The position numbers and the translations under genes are program-made. The notes under the pieces were generated by a model. The model worked only from the letters and a program-made list of their open reading frames with translations, ran no database searches and was not told the origin of the DNA. Source: Myxococcota bacterium (GTDB lineage Bacteria; Myxococcota_A; Polyangia; Nannocystales; Nannocystaceae). From it: a DNA stretch of 64,000 nucleotides. How positions within the stretch are numbered: position 1 is the stretch's first letter; each line of letters opens with the position of its first letter. This document shows positions 1 through 10,311 of this stretch, one piece after another. The stretch lies in assembly GCA_039028615.1 (NCBI GenBank), contig JBCCHT010000025.1:1-64000 (forward strand), in the 5' to 3' direction.

Positions 1-136
1 GCTCCGTTTGTGTGGTGTGACTCCCTACCCCGCGCAGTGGGGGTTTCGCCATCCCGTCGGGGGGGGGCCCCTCTCACCGGCGGGGGCCCGCCGCGCCCTC
101 CCGGTCGCGCCGCCCCGCGGTATCGGAGGAGGACTC

Positions 137-526
137 CTAGAACTCCTCGCACTCGTTCTGTTGACACTCGGCCGCACCGATGTCGCTCTCACCTGCGATC
201 CGGGGCAGGCCTCGCTGGTCCCAGGGGTAGACCTGGCCGTTGATGGCGTCGACCAGCGGGCTGTTGCTGAAGGGGAGCATCGTCGGGGTGAACCCGCCAT
301 TTTCCTTCAGCACATCGAGCCACAGGTCGGTATTGACCAGGTCGTTGGGGGCCGCGAGGCAGCTGTCGTCCTCGAACACGTTGAAGCCCAGGTTCGGCAG
401 GCTCAGGTTCCTCCCGCACGCGGGATTGCCGGGGGCCGCGGATAGGTGCCATTCGCTCGAAATTCGAGGTGGCTCCGATGTACCCACCGCGTCAGACTCA
501 CGCTGAGCTTCGCCCCCTCGAGGCAC
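137..526 (-). pseudogene. C-terminal fragment of a choice-of-anchor Q-type secreted protein
   Basis: Motif L..NGGFTPTMLP..NSPLVDA...DQRGLPR...DIGAAE is the typical C-terminus of this family; no N-terminal part or signal peptide upstream. Confidence 0.6.
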
Positions 527-532
527 GCGTCA

Positions 533-612
533 GTCCTGAAGATCCCGCAGCCGAGGAAGTCACGGAGCTCGCGCTTGACGAAGTACGGCAGCACCCGCTC
601 GCCGTCGCCGTT
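533..612 (-). mobile_element. IS91-like transposase zinc-binding-domain remnant
   Basis: Peptide GERVLPYFVKRELRDFLGCGIF in ORF 403..816 resembles the LP.FV.RE...YL.CGI motif of IS91-family transposases; the rest of the transposase is absent. Confidence 0.55.
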
Positions 613-804
613 CGTACAGAACGGGACGGGGGTCGATCGCAAGCGAGCGTGTGGGCAGCACGGTGGCCCATCGGGTGCCAACGCGGTGCCAAACAGCGAT
701 GCAATGATGTCGCGATGTTTCGCGGAGCTTAGACGCGAGGTGGCCAACCCACGGGCCACGCAAGTGGCCCAGCGGTCCACAGACGGCCACCGACTCTCTA
801 CCCG

Positions 805-985
805 ACGCGAGCCCACAAGGCCCGGCTGGTTACCGAAGATCAGACCACCCGCCGCCGTTCACCGGGCACCTAGGTCGCAACGGTGCTCTCGGGTTTCGGT
901 CTGCTAGGGTCACGTCCCAAGCGATACCCTTTCACCACTTTCGGGGGGCGAAGCCGAGCCCGCGTTGAGCACTCTTCTCGTGCTC
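805..985 (-). ncRNA. Candidate structured non-coding RNA (unassigned)
   Basis: Nested helices 805-814/956-965, 833-837/940-944, 841-846/898-903, 847-851/890-894, 866-870/882-886, 906-910/926-930 and hairpin 967-972/980-985; A-C mismatches on + become G-U on -. Confidence 0.3.
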
Positions 986-1529
986 TGACGGCTATCCCCC
1001 CCCCCGCGCAAGGCCAAGGTGAGTGACGGTCATACCGATAGCGGCGCACCGCGGGGCCTCACGCCGGGCCCGAGGTGCACCAGGTCGTCGCACCTACGCA
1101 ATGTGGAGACAACGAGTGACGTGGGAGAGCCGGGAGGTCGGCAACGACCCCCGACCTACGTCGCGCGGCGGAGGGACTGGTGTCGAGCCGATGACACCGG
1201 GCATCGTGTCCGGTTGTCGGTCGGCATGGTGGAGAGTTGGGGCCGATGCTCCGAGCCTGAGATTCCCCCCTCTGTTCCTGCGCTGACCGGTCGTGGAGCG
1301 TCTCCAGAGTGTCTCCAAAACGAGGGAGAACTCCCGCGGAGTCGGGCAGAGTCTGGTGGAACGATGCGCCGCAAGAACCCCCGCAATCCCAACCGGTTGC
1401 ACAAAAGACGCGCGATGTCGCCGGGTTGGGTTCAGAGGGTTAGTAATTTGCCCGATGAACGCCCTCTTCGTGCCTTCGCATTGCCCGCACTGACAACGTT
1501 CTTTTGAAACGGATTGCAGACTCACCACA

Positions 1530-2270
1530 CTAGGTCTCGAGGCACCCGCTGTAGTTGAAGGTGCAGTTCGCCAGGTTGCAGCCGAGCAGGCCCCCGTCGA
1601 AGCCCTGCGTGTCGCAGGTCTCGCCGCCGAAGTCGAGGCCGTCGCAGTCTTCGGGGCCCGAGGCGACCCCGTCGCCGCAGTTCGAACACTCGCTGGTGTC
1701 GTAGGTGCACTCGTCGCCGCAGGTGACCTCGCCCGCCTCGAAGCCCAGGGACTGGCACGTGACTTCCTTCGGCACCGAGTCTTCGCAGTCCTCGCCGATG
1801 TCGATGGTGCCGTTGCCACAGATGAAGCAGCCGAGCAGGTTGTAGTCCTCGCAGGTCAGCAAGCAGGTGAGCTGGCCTCCGCCGTGACCCAACGACTTGC
1901 AGGTCTCGCCGCTCAGCTGGGCGAGGTCGCAGACCTCGTCGCCCTCGAGCACGTTGTTGCCGCAGACCGAGGCCTCGCCCGTCGACCCGTCGCCGCGCGA
2001 GGCATCCCCGTCCCCGTCCGAGCTGCCGGTCGAAGACTCGCTCCCCGTGGAACCGCCCGAAGAGCCCACGCCCGTGCTGCCCTCGTCTCCGCCCGTGGTC
2101 GGGTCGGCGGGGGTGGCCGCACTGGTGCTCGCCTCGGTGGTCGTCGACGACCCGCTGCTGGTCGATGCATCCGCCCCGTCGTCGTCGACGGGCTCGACGG
2201 GGCAACCCGCGATGGCCAGCGGCACGACGGCCCAACAGAGCACTCGGCGAACAAGCAAGGACATGGCCAA
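1530..2270 (-). CDS. Cys-rich repeat lipoprotein (myxobacterial CGNG..E..E.CD repeats)
   Basis: Lipobox AIAGC, Ser/Thr/Gly linker, three CGN/DG...EDCD repeats. Confidence 0.85.
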   Translation of the reverse strand: MAMSLLVRRVLCWAVVPLAIAGCPVEPVDDDGADASTSSGSSTTTEASTSAATPADPTTGGDEGSTGVGSSGGSTGSESSTGSSDGDGDASRGDGSTGEASVCGNNVLEGDEVCDLAQLSGETCKSLGHGGGQLTCLLTCEDYNLLGCFICGNGTIDIGEDCEDSVPKEVTCQSLGFEAGEVTCGDECTYDTSECSNCGDGVASGPEDCDGLDFGGETCDTQGFDGGLLGCNLANCTFNYSGCLET

Positions 2271-2361
2271 AGGGTATCTCGAACCGACTCGGATGTGGCC
2301 CAGGCCCGCGGGCTTCGGTGGTTCGCGGACAATGCGCTACGCGTGTGCCAAGCTTGGTGCG

Positions 2362-3321
2362 ATGCGTGGTCCGAGCATTCCCGCGGCAACTCTGCTCTTT
2401 GTGTGTGCCTGCGCGACGCCTCGACAGCTGGACGCGGTGCAGGCCGAGCTCGACGCGACGAAGCAGACCCTGGCGCAGGTGCAGGCGGCCCGCGAAACCG
2501 AGCGAGACGAGCGGGCGGAGCTCGAGCGCCGACTCGCGCTCCTGGAGAGCTGGTCCGAGCAGAGCCAAGCCCACACGCTGGGGCTCACCGAGACGCTGAC
2601 GCGCCTGAGCGCGACGATCGAAGGCCTGCGCACGCGCTTGGGCGACGTGGGGCCCGGCGAGTTCGAAAAGGGCCAGCGTGCGCGCCCGAACATGACCCCG
2701 CTGGAGCTTCGCCAATACGCGACGGCTCAGGGCGATCCACACTTCGGCCGCTTCACCCTCGACGAGGCGCTGGCGGGCGACGACCGGCTCTCCGATCGCT
2801 CGCGCGGCAAGCTCGTCGCGACCTTCGAGACCTCGCACGGACGCTTCGACTGCGTGCTGCACGAGGACGGAGCGCCCAACACCGTGGCCAATTTCGTCGG
2901 GCTGGCCCGGGGCGTTCGCGCGTCGCTCGACCCCAAGACCGACACGTGGACGCACCGACCGCTCTACGACGGCACCATCTTTCATCGGGTGATCGCCGGC
3001 TTCATGATCCAGGGCGGTGACCCGCGCGGCAACGGTCGCGGCGGCCCCGGCTATGCAATGGAAGACGAGCTCGATGCATCGCAGTCCCACCGCCCCGGCA
3101 CGCTGTCCATGGCCAACGCGGGGCCGAATACCGCGGGCAGTCAGTTCTTCATCAACGTCGTCGCCACGCCACATCTCGATGGCAAGCATGCAATCTTCGG
3201 GCATTGCGACCCGGACACGCCCATCGCGATCAGCAAGGTCGATGTCGACGTGCGCGCAGCGCACCGTCCTCGCGATCCGGTCGAGATTCGGCGCATTCGA
3301 ATCTCTCGTAGGCGGCGTTGA
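2362..3321 (+). CDS. Cyclophilin-type peptidyl-prolyl isomerase with N-terminal lipoprotein signal and coiled coil
   Basis: [56 protein letters not shown]; start set at MRGPSIP...VCAC. Confidence 0.92.
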   Translation: MRGPSIPAATLLFVCACATPRQLDAVQAELDATKQTLAQVQAARETERDERAELERRLALLESWSEQSQAHTLGLTETLTRLSATIEGLRTRLGDVGPGEFEKGQRARPNMTPLELRQYATAQGDPHFGRFTLDEALAGDDRLSDRSRGKLVATFETSHGRFDCVLHEDGAPNTVANFVGLARGVRASLDPKTDTWTHRPLYDGTIFHRVIAGFMIQGGDPRGNGRGGPGYAMEDELDASQSHRPGTLSMANAGPNTAGSQFFINVVATPHLDGKHAIFGHCDPDTPIAISKVDVDVRAAHRPRDPVEIRRIRISRRRR

Positions 3322-3396
3322 TTTGCTCGCGATGCGCCCGGAGGTCCGATCCGTACCGGGTCGAGGCTCTGGGCACGGGCTGCTACCCTCCGCCGA

Positions 3397-4701
3397 ATGT
3401 CGCTGCCCGACCCTCTTCGGTTGCGCTCGCCCGAGTCGTTCGACATCTCGTTGCGTCCGCCGGGTTCGAAGAGCCTGAGCAACCGGGCGCTGCTGTTCGC
3501 CGCGCTCGCTTCGGGTCGGTCTCGACTCCGCGGCTTGCTCGACGCCGAGGACACGCAGCACATGCGGGCGTGCATGGAGGCGCTGGGCATCGCGTCCTCG
3601 ACCGAGGCCGACGACACCCTCGTGGTCGATGGCCAGGGCGGTCGGCTGCAGTCTCCCGCGGGCACGGTGCCCACGCTCGAGGTCGGCACCGCGGGCACGG
3701 TGGCACGCCTGCTCGGCGCCGCGTTGGCGGCGAGCCCGGTGCACGTCGTGCTCGACGGCAGCGAGCGCATGCGGGTGCGGCCGATGGCCCAGCTGCTCGA
3801 CGCGTTGTCCGAGCAGGGCGCCCGCCTGACCCCGCGGGGCGAGGCCGGGTTCTTGCCCGTCGAGATCGGCCCCGACGGCGGCCCGCTGCGCGGCGGGGAC
3901 ATCGTGCTCTCGCGACCGGCGAGCTCTCAGATCGTCAGCGGCTTGGTGGTCTCCGCGACGCTGGCCGACGCTCCCTCGCGGATCATCTTGGAGCAAGGCA
4001 CCCCCGCTCGCCCTTACGTCGACATGACCCTCACCGTGCTCGAGGCCTTCGGCGGCCGAGCGCGATGGGAGAACGAAAACGAGATCACGGTCGAGCCCGC
4101 CACGCTGACCGGCACCGAGTACCCGGTCGAGCCCGACGCCTCCGCGGCCAGCTACCCACTCGCCCTGGCCGCGCTCTACGGCAGCCGCTGCACGATCGAG
4201 GGGCTCGGGCACACGAGCATGCAGGGCGACGTGCGTTTTGCCGATGTTCTCGGCCGCATGGGGGCTCGGGTCGAGCAAAACGCGACCGAGACGACCGTGC
4301 AGGGGGTCGGCCCGTTACGGGGCGGGGACTTCGACCTCTCGGATACCCCTGACATGACCCTGACGTTGGCCGCCCTGGCCGTGCATGCGACGGGGACGAC
4401 TCGCATCCGCGGGGTTGAAATCCTGCGTCATCACGAGAGCGACCGGCTCGCGGCCGGGGCCACGGAGCTCCGCAAACTGGGAGCCGAGGTCCGAGAACTG
4501 CAAGATGGCCTGGACATCGATCCTCCCGCGTCAGGCCCTCGCCCGGGTGTGCCCATCGACACGTATCGCGACCACCGCATGGCCATGGCGTTCAGTGTGG
4601 TGGGCGACGTGATGATCCGCGACCCCGGCTGCGTGGCCAAAACCTGGCCAGAGTACTTCTCGGTGTTGCGCAAGCTCGGTATGGTCGTCGTCAGCGCCTG
4701 A
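3397..4701 (+). CDS. aroA: 3-phosphoshikimate 1-carboxyvinyltransferase (EPSP synthase)
   Basis: PGSKSLSNRALL, GTAGTVAR, RPM, SSQ, ESDR, DHRMAMAF, CVAKTWP. Confidence 0.97.
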   Translation: MSLPDPLRLRSPESFDISLRPPGSKSLSNRALLFAALASGRSRLRGLLDAEDTQHMRACMEALGIASSTEADDTLVVDGQGGRLQSPAGTVPTLEVGTAGTVARLLGAALAASPVHVVLDGSERMRVRPMAQLLDALSEQGARLTPRGEAGFLPVEIGPDGGPLRGGDIVLSRPASSQIVSGLVVSATLADAPSRIILEQGTPARPYVDMTLTVLEAFGGRARWENENEITVEPATLTGTEYPVEPDASAASYPLALAALYGSRCTIEGLGHTSMQGDVRFADVLGRMGARVEQNATETTVQGVGPLRGGDFDLSDTPDMTLTLAALAVHATGTTRIRGVEILRHHESDRLAAGATELRKLGAEVRELQDGLDIDPPASGPRPGVPIDTYRDHRMAMAFSVVGDVMIRDPGCVAKTWPEYFSVLRKLGMVVVSA

Positions 4702-6014
4702 TGAAGCCAGGACAGACGATCACCGTGATGGCGGAGACCCTCTCCCGCCATGGAGATGGCGTAGCCGAGCACGAAGGCTACGAGGTCCACGTAGCGGGCC
4801 TGCTCCCCACCGAGACGGGTGACGTCGAGCTCGACTACGTCAGCAAGCAACGCCCGCGCGCTCACGGCACCGCCGTGCGGCGTCGCAACACGCACCCGGG
4901 TCGGCGCCCGGCTCCGTGCTCTCACCATGGCCGCTGCAACGGCTGCCCGCTCATGGAGATGGAGCTCGACAGCCAGCACGACCTCAAGCGCACCGAGCTG
5001 TCCCGCGAGTACGGCATCGAGATCGATCGCCTGGTCGCGCTCGACGGCAAGGGCCTGCGCTATCGCTGGTCGTCCAAGCGGGTGGTCCACGGTGAAGCGG
5101 GCGCGCTGGTGCTCGGCAGCTACATGCGAGGCACGCACAACGTCGCCGACATGGGCGGCTGCCTCGTCGACCACCCCGACATCGTCAACTGTGCGCGCGA
5201 GCTGGTCACCCACGCCAACGAGATGGGCGTGGAGCCCTACGACGAGCTCGGGGAGCACGGCGACCTCCGCTACGCCTGGTTCAAGACCGATGGTCACGGC
5301 CAGGTGCTGCTCACGCTCATCACCGCCGAGCCGCGCTCCTCCGCCATCTACGGGCTCGCCGAGCGCCTGTCCGTGCCCTCCGGCATCGCGTGGGGCGTCA
5401 ACTCCACCCGCGGCAACGACCTGCGCGGCACCTCGCTCCGACCCCTGCGCGGCCGCCAGAGCCTCACCCTCGAGATCGCGGGCGTCGAGTTCCACTGCGG
5501 CCCCCTGGGCTTCTTGCAGCCCAACCCCGCCGCCATCGCCGTGGCCTATCACGACCTGGTGCACGTGCCCTCGGGCGGCACCCCGCACGGTCGCGTGGCC
5601 CTCGACCTGTACGCGGGCGCGGGGGTCACCACCGCGCTGCTCCGTGATCGCTACGCCGAGGTCTATCCCTGCGAGTCCTATCCCGAGAGCGCGCGGCAGC
5701 TCGGTGTCGACCCGCTGCTCGTCGAAGAGTTCCTCGCGCGTCTGCTGGCCAACCCGCACAACCCCGGGGCCAAGCCCGACATCGTGGTCGCCAACCCGCC
5801 ACGCGGCGGCCTGGGCCCCACCGTCTGCGGACAGCTCAACCAGCTCCACTCCGCGCGATTGCACCTGATGAGCTGCAATCCACGTTCACTGCGTGACGAC
5901 CTCGCGCGGCTGACCGGGCCCGAGGGCGGCTATCGCCTCATCCAGACCCGAGCCTTCGACACGCTGCCCCAGACCGCTCACATCGAGCTGGTCGCGTGGC
6001 TCGTCGGCAAGTAG
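4701..6014 (+). CDS. RlmD/TrmA-family RNA (uracil-5)-methyltransferase
   Basis: TRAM-like N-terminus, Fe-S motif CSHHGRCNGC, FLQPN, DLYAGAG, NPPRGG, SCNP, QTAHIE; TGATG overlap with aroA. Confidence 0.88.
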   Translation: MKPGQTITVMAETLSRHGDGVAEHEGYEVHVAGLLPTETGDVELDYVSKQRPRAHGTAVRRRNTHPGRRPAPCSHHGRCNGCPLMEMELDSQHDLKRTELSREYGIEIDRLVALDGKGLRYRWSSKRVVHGEAGALVLGSYMRGTHNVADMGGCLVDHPDIVNCARELVTHANEMGVEPYDELGEHGDLRYAWFKTDGHGQVLLTLITAEPRSSAIYGLAERLSVPSGIAWGVNSTRGNDLRGTSLRPLRGRQSLTLEIAGVEFHCGPLGFLQPNPAAIAVAYHDLVHVPSGGTPHGRVALDLYAGAGVTTALLRDRYAEVYPCESYPESARQLGVDPLLVEEFLARLLANPHNPGAKPDIVVANPPRGGLGPTVCGQLNQLHSARLHLMSCNPRSLRDDLARLTGPEGGYRLIQTRAFDTLPQTAHIELVAWLVGK

Positions 6015-6058
6015 CGATCTTCGCAACGGTGCCGTGGGCGCGGTGATATACCGAGTTC

Positions 6059-7603
6059 ATGCGGTTCGCTTGGGTGGTGCTCGGGGGCGCGTGCGCGATA
6101 TTGAGCGGTTGTTTCGACCCCGATCCGGGGGGAGCCGAGACCGACGACGCCAGTGACACCAGCGCGGGCGAGTCGGCCACGCCGGGTGGCACGACCCTCG
6201 GCGACACCCCCACGGACGAGACCAGCTCACCACCCGCGGCCACCGAGGGCGGCACGGGGGACACGGGCACGACCGACCCCGACACGACCGAGGGCCCGAG
6301 CGGATGTGCAGGCGAAGGGCTCGACCCCAGCTGCGACGAGGCCACGCCCTATTGCCAGGACGGCACCTGTGTCGACTGCACCGGGCTGCCCGCCGACGCA
6401 TGCATCGGCTTCGACTCCGCCACCCCCGTGTGCGACGCGGATGCGGGCGTCTGTGCCGGCTGCACCGAGCACGACCAGTGCGTGACCGGGGCCTGCCGCT
6501 TCTCGACCGGCGAGTGCTTCGCCGAGAGCAATCGGCTGTGGGTCGACAACACCTTCGCGGGCTGTGCTGCCGGGGTGGGCTCCGAGGAGTCCCCGATGTG
6601 CACGGTAGAGCAAGCGGTGCAGGTCATCAACGCCCAGATCGGGATGGACCCCTGGGCGGTGTTCGTGGCCGGCAGCCCCAATCCCTACGTGGGGACCATC
6701 GATCCGAGCAACAACCGCCCCATCGCTGTCGTGGGCCCCAGCTCGGGCCTGTCCGCCATCCTCGTGGGCGACGGCAACTGGACCATCGACCTGTGGAACC
6801 AGTCGCCCGAGACCTATCTCGCCAACCTGACCATCGAAGGGGCTAGTGATGGTCAGGCCGGCAGCGCGTCCATCCGCTGCAATACCGGCGTGGCCTACCT
6901 GACCGACAGCAACCTCGTGAACTCGATCGTCGGGGTGAACATCAACGGCTGCTCGCTGCACATGCGGCGGAGCCTGGTGTCCACGGGCGGCTGGGGCGTG
7001 CAGCAGAGCGGCGGCGAGCTGTTCGCCGACGAGACGGTATTCGAAAACAGCAGCGGCGCCATCGAGAGCGGGGGCTCGGTCACCCTGCGCCGCAGCTACG
7101 TGCGCGACCACTGGGTCGACGGGGGCATCCACATCACCGACGGCGGTGACCTCACCCTCGTCAACTCGATGGTCTACAACAACAACTACGTCAACCGCGG
7201 GATCATGGCCAGCGGGGGCACCGTCGACATCGTGGGCTCCACCGTCATCGGCAACTTCGACTGCCTCGACACCGCGGTAGGCCCTCACTCGGTGCGCAGC
7301 TCGATCGTGATGAACCACTTCGACGTGGGCGGCATGGCCTGTGCCAACGCCACCGTCGACGACTCGCTCGTCAACGACGGCGTCGCCCTGGGCGCGGGCA
7401 ACGTGCCGGTCGAGGCGGCCGACATGGGCTCGATCTTCGTCGACCCGAACCAAGGCATGGGCTCCGATTGGCACGTGCTGCCCGGCTCGCTCCCCGAGGG
7501 CGTCGCGGTGCACCTGGAGGGCGATCCGCGGGTCGACATCGATGGCGACCCGCGACCACAACGACCGGGCGCGGCCGACTACGCGGGCGCCGACGTGCCC
7601 TGA
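6059..7603 (+). CDS. Lipoprotein with Cys-rich region and right-handed beta-helix (pectin lyase-like) domain
   Basis: Lipobox ILSGC, Thr-rich linker, GSEESPMCTV motif, repetitive beta strands, DIDGDPRP...GAD C-terminus. Confidence 0.8.
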   Translation: MRFAWVVLGGACAILSGCFDPDPGGAETDDASDTSAGESATPGGTTLGDTPTDETSSPPAATEGGTGDTGTTDPDTTEGPSGCAGEGLDPSCDEATPYCQDGTCVDCTGLPADACIGFDSATPVCDADAGVCAGCTEHDQCVTGACRFSTGECFAESNRLWVDNTFAGCAAGVGSEESPMCTVEQAVQVINAQIGMDPWAVFVAGSPNPYVGTIDPSNNRPIAVVGPSSGLSAILVGDGNWTIDLWNQSPETYLANLTIEGASDGQAGSASIRCNTGVAYLTDSNLVNSIVGVNINGCSLHMRRSLVSTGGWGVQQSGGELFADETVFENSSGAIESGGSVTLRRSYVRDHWVDGGIHITDGGDLTLVNSMVYNNNYVNRGIMASGGTVDIVGSTVIGNFDCLDTAVGPHSVRSSIVMNHFDVGGMACANATVDDSLVNDGVALGAGNVPVEAADMGSIFVDPNQGMGSDWHVLPGSLPEGVAVHLEGDPRVDIDGDPRPQRPGAADYAGADVP

Positions 7604-7625
7604 GCGCGCCGACGGTCACCGCGGT

Positions 7626-8375
7626 TCAGTCGAGTCGGACCCAGGGGATCTGGGCGTGGAAGGCCGGCAGGGACTCGTCGAAGGCTCGCGTCTTCGGCAT
7701 CTCGCCGGATGCAAACTGGCCGCCGAAGAACATCCGAAAGCCGGGCTCTTCTCGCGGCGTACTGGCGTGCCAGGTTCGCTCGTCGGTCAGCACCGCCGTC
7801 CCGGCTGGGCAGTTGAGCGCGACCTGCCCCTCCCATGGCTCGGAGAGCCCCCGGAACGGGCACTCGGTGGGATCGGTCAGCCGCCGCGGATAGATGAGCA
7901 GCTGGCCCGCCCCCGGATGAATGTCGTTGAGGTAGACCAGCAGGGTGAGACGACCGATCGCCTCCCGCTCGACGATCTCCTTGGGCGGCGGCGATGCCTC
8001 GTCGAGCCCACCGATGTGCATGTGCCAATGATGCATCTCGCGCGCCGCGTCGGACATCATGCAGCTGGTCATCTCCATCCGCATCTCGTCACCGAGCGCC
8101 GCGAGCAGGACCTCGGCGACATCGGGGTGGATATAGCCTTCGGCCAGCGAGGGCGCGTAGTGGAGGACCTTGCGGATCGTCAGCCCGCTGAGTCGCAGGG
8201 TGATGCCGGGGGCGAGCTGTTTGTCGCCGTCGAAGACCAGGTGGGGCCGCCCGACCTCCTCGTAGATGCGCTCGAGCTCCGCCCGGAAGCGCTGCACGTA
8301 CTCGGCGGAATAGACCCCCGGCAGGATGGTGTAGCCCTGCTCGCGCAGCTCGGCTACGTGCTCGGACGCCTCCAT
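7626..8375 (-). CDS. PhyH-like Fe(II)/2-oxoglutarate dioxygenase
   Basis: LREQGYTILPGV, WHMH, LVYLNDI...G.L..YP, PAGTAVL..ERTWHAS, R near C-terminus. Confidence 0.8.
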   Translation of the reverse strand: MEASEHVAELREQGYTILPGVYSAEYVQRFRAELERIYEEVGRPHLVFDGDKQLAPGITLRLSGLTIRKVLHYAPSLAEGYIHPDVAEVLLAALGDEMRMEMTSCMMSDAAREMHHWHMHIGGLDEASPPPKEIVEREAIGRLTLLVYLNDIHPGAGQLLIYPRRLTDPTECPFRGLSEPWEGQVALNCPAGTAVLTDERTWHASTPREEPGFRMFFGGQFASGEMPKTRAFDESLPAFHAQIPWVRLD

Positions 8376-8526
8376 CGATCGAACCCTATCATCGTCTCGC
8401 AGCGAGCCACGCGGCGGCCCCCGACCTCGCATCTGCCAGGGGGACCCAGTATACTTTTGGCCCCGAGCCGGGCGTGGCCAGGCGCCGAAACGGGCGGGAC
8501 GCCCCCCGCGTCCACGACGAGGAACG

Positions 8527-10302
8527 ATGGAGAAGATCAGCTTCGGTGCCGCGATGCTGCACGTCACGGCGGCGGTCGTGCTGTGGGCCGGGGTGGTGGC
8601 CTGGATCTGGCTCGCGAGCCCGCGTCGACCAGGCGCGCGCCGGGACGCGGTGGTGTTCGCCCTCGTGCTCACCGCGGCCGCCATCCTCCTCGGCCAGCCT
8701 CTGTGGCTGACCTCCGACTCCACCAACGACATCGCCCTGGCCGCCGCCTGCGAGGCGGGGACCTGCCCCACCATCGGCGTGCTCGCCTCGCACGGGACCT
8801 ACGAAGGCGGCGTGCTGTGGGACTGGGTGCTCGCCGCCGTCCTCCGCGTGTCGCGGAGCCCGAGCTTCGTCGCCGCCGCCTTCATCGCGCTGCATGCCCT
8901 GGCCGCGGCGTTCATCTCGGTCGTCGCCGAGGATCGTCGCAAGGGCATCATCGGCGGCGGCGTGTTCTTCCTGGTCGCCTACGCCCTCGCCCCGCTGTAC
9001 ATCGCGTGGCACCCGACGCTGGCGCCCGCCGCTGCCACGCCTTTCGTGCTGCTGGCCTGCATACCGCCGCCGTCGGGCAAACGCGGCGTGGTCCACCATG
9101 CGGCCATCGGCGTGGCGTTCGGCCTGTCGCTCGGGGTCTACATCGCCACGCTGTTCCTCATCCCGCTTTTGGTGCCGCTGGTGTTGCGCCTGCAGTGGAA
9201 GCACTGGCTCGCGGCCTTGGGCGGCTTCGTGCTGGAGCAGCTCATCGTCACGCCACACGCGGCCCAGTACAACGTCATGCAGGTCGAGCTCGACGCGATC
9301 GTCATCGGCGTCGTGATGCTCGTGCTCGGCGTCCTCGTGCGACGTCGCGTGCTGGAGTGGATGTCGCGTCGGCCCTTCCGCACGGGGGCCCTCGCCGCGG
9401 GTGCCCTGATCATCGGGGCCGGGGTGGCCACGGGGCAGTTCATCTACCCCTACTACTTCGCCCTGCTCGCCCCGCTGCTCGGGGGCTGGGCGCTCATGCT
9501 CGGGTCGAAGTCGCAGCGGCCGAAGCTCGAGGGCACCGCGCTCGGCGTGCTCACGCTCGTGCTCACCGTGGGCTCGACGGTGCTCTATATCGTCCTCGCG
9601 TCCTGGTACCACGAGGGTCGCTTCTTCTTTCGCGACCTCTACGACCTCGGGCCGCGCTACCGCGGCAGCTATGGCGTCGCCACCACTGGCCCCAGCTACA
9701 TGGTCGAGTACTCGATGCGGCTATGGGGACAACCGCGGGCCGACGATGGCATCGGGGTCGCCATCGCCACCAAGGACGACGCCGATTCCGTGCTCTGCGA
9801 CGACATCCTGTGGAGCGACTCGGGCACGCTCGGCATCTGCGAGTACCCGGCCTGGGTGCGAACCTCGGGGGCGACCGCCTGCGAGCTGCGCTCTGAGCAG
9901 GAGCGCTGCCGGACCTTCGAATCAGGCGCAGACCTCGAGCTGCCGATCAACAAGAGCCCCATCGAGTACCCCAAGACGGACGAGCACACGGTGCTGGTGG
10001 AGTTCCGCGTCGAGACCTGCGTGAAGGTGGCGGACGGCCCTCGCACGCTGCGGCCTCTGGTCTACACCGGGCTGCCCAACCGCAGGGCCGTGAAGTTCGA
10101 GGACACGCCGCCCGGCGGCCAGCTGTCGGAGGACGGCACCGAGGTCACCATCACCCCGGTCGAAGACGCCTGCTTCCCGCTCGTGTTCCGCTGGGATGCC
10201 GAGGGCGAGGTGCTCGCCCCGTGGGTGGACGAGAAGATCGAGCGCGACGTCTTCGATCAGCTGGTGTTCATGGTGGAGGAGCGCCGCGCCGCTGCGGGGT
10301 GA
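8527..10302 (+). CDS. Multi-pass membrane protein with C-terminal soluble domain (possibly GT-C-like)
   Basis: About 11-12 hydrophobic segments, acidic loop after TM2 (SDSTND), typical codon bias. Confidence 0.7.
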   Translation: MEKISFGAAMLHVTAAVVLWAGVVAWIWLASPRRPGARRDAVVFALVLTAAAILLGQPLWLTSDSTNDIALAAACEAGTCPTIGVLASHGTYEGGVLWDWVLAAVLRVSRSPSFVAAAFIALHALAAAFISVVAEDRRKGIIGGGVFFLVAYALAPLYIAWHPTLAPAAATPFVLLACIPPPSGKRGVVHHAAIGVAFGLSLGVYIATLFLIPLLVPLVLRLQWKHWLAALGGFVLEQLIVTPHAAQYNVMQVELDAIVIGVVMLVLGVLVRRRVLEWMSRRPFRTGALAAGALIIGAGVATGQFIYPYYFALLAPLLGGWALMLGSKSQRPKLEGTALGVLTLVLTVGSTVLYIVLASWYHEGRFFFRDLYDLGPRYRGSYGVATTGPSYMVEYSMRLWGQPRADDGIGVAIATKDDADSVLCDDILWSDSGTLGICEYPAWVRTSGATACELRSEQERCRTFESGADLELPINKSPIEYPKTDEHTVLVEFRVETCVKVADGPRTLRPLVYTGLPNRRAVKFEDTPPGGQLSEDGTEVTITPVEDACFPLVFRWDAEGEVLAPWVDEKIERDVFDQLVFMVEERRAAAG

Positions 10303-10311
10303 CGCCGTCGG

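Noticed and set aside
20..50. Resemblance to an IS200/IS605 or IscB omega-RNA end
   Set aside because: Match is loose and there is no tnpA, tnpB or iscB in the window
851..866. 16-nt similarity to 23S rRNA (cccggtgaacggcggc on - strand)
   Set aside because: Flanks do not continue the rRNA sequence; too short
1167..1190. tRNA 3'-end-like sequence on - strand (possible att site)
   Set aside because: T-loop and T-stem are degenerate, with no CCA and no cloverleaf
1522..4278. 918-aa minus-strand ORF
   Set aside because: Shadow ORF antisense to the cyclophilin and aroA; typical high-GC artefact
7341..9896. 851-aa plus-strand ORF
   Set aside because: Arg/Gly-rich alternative frame overlapping better-supported genes
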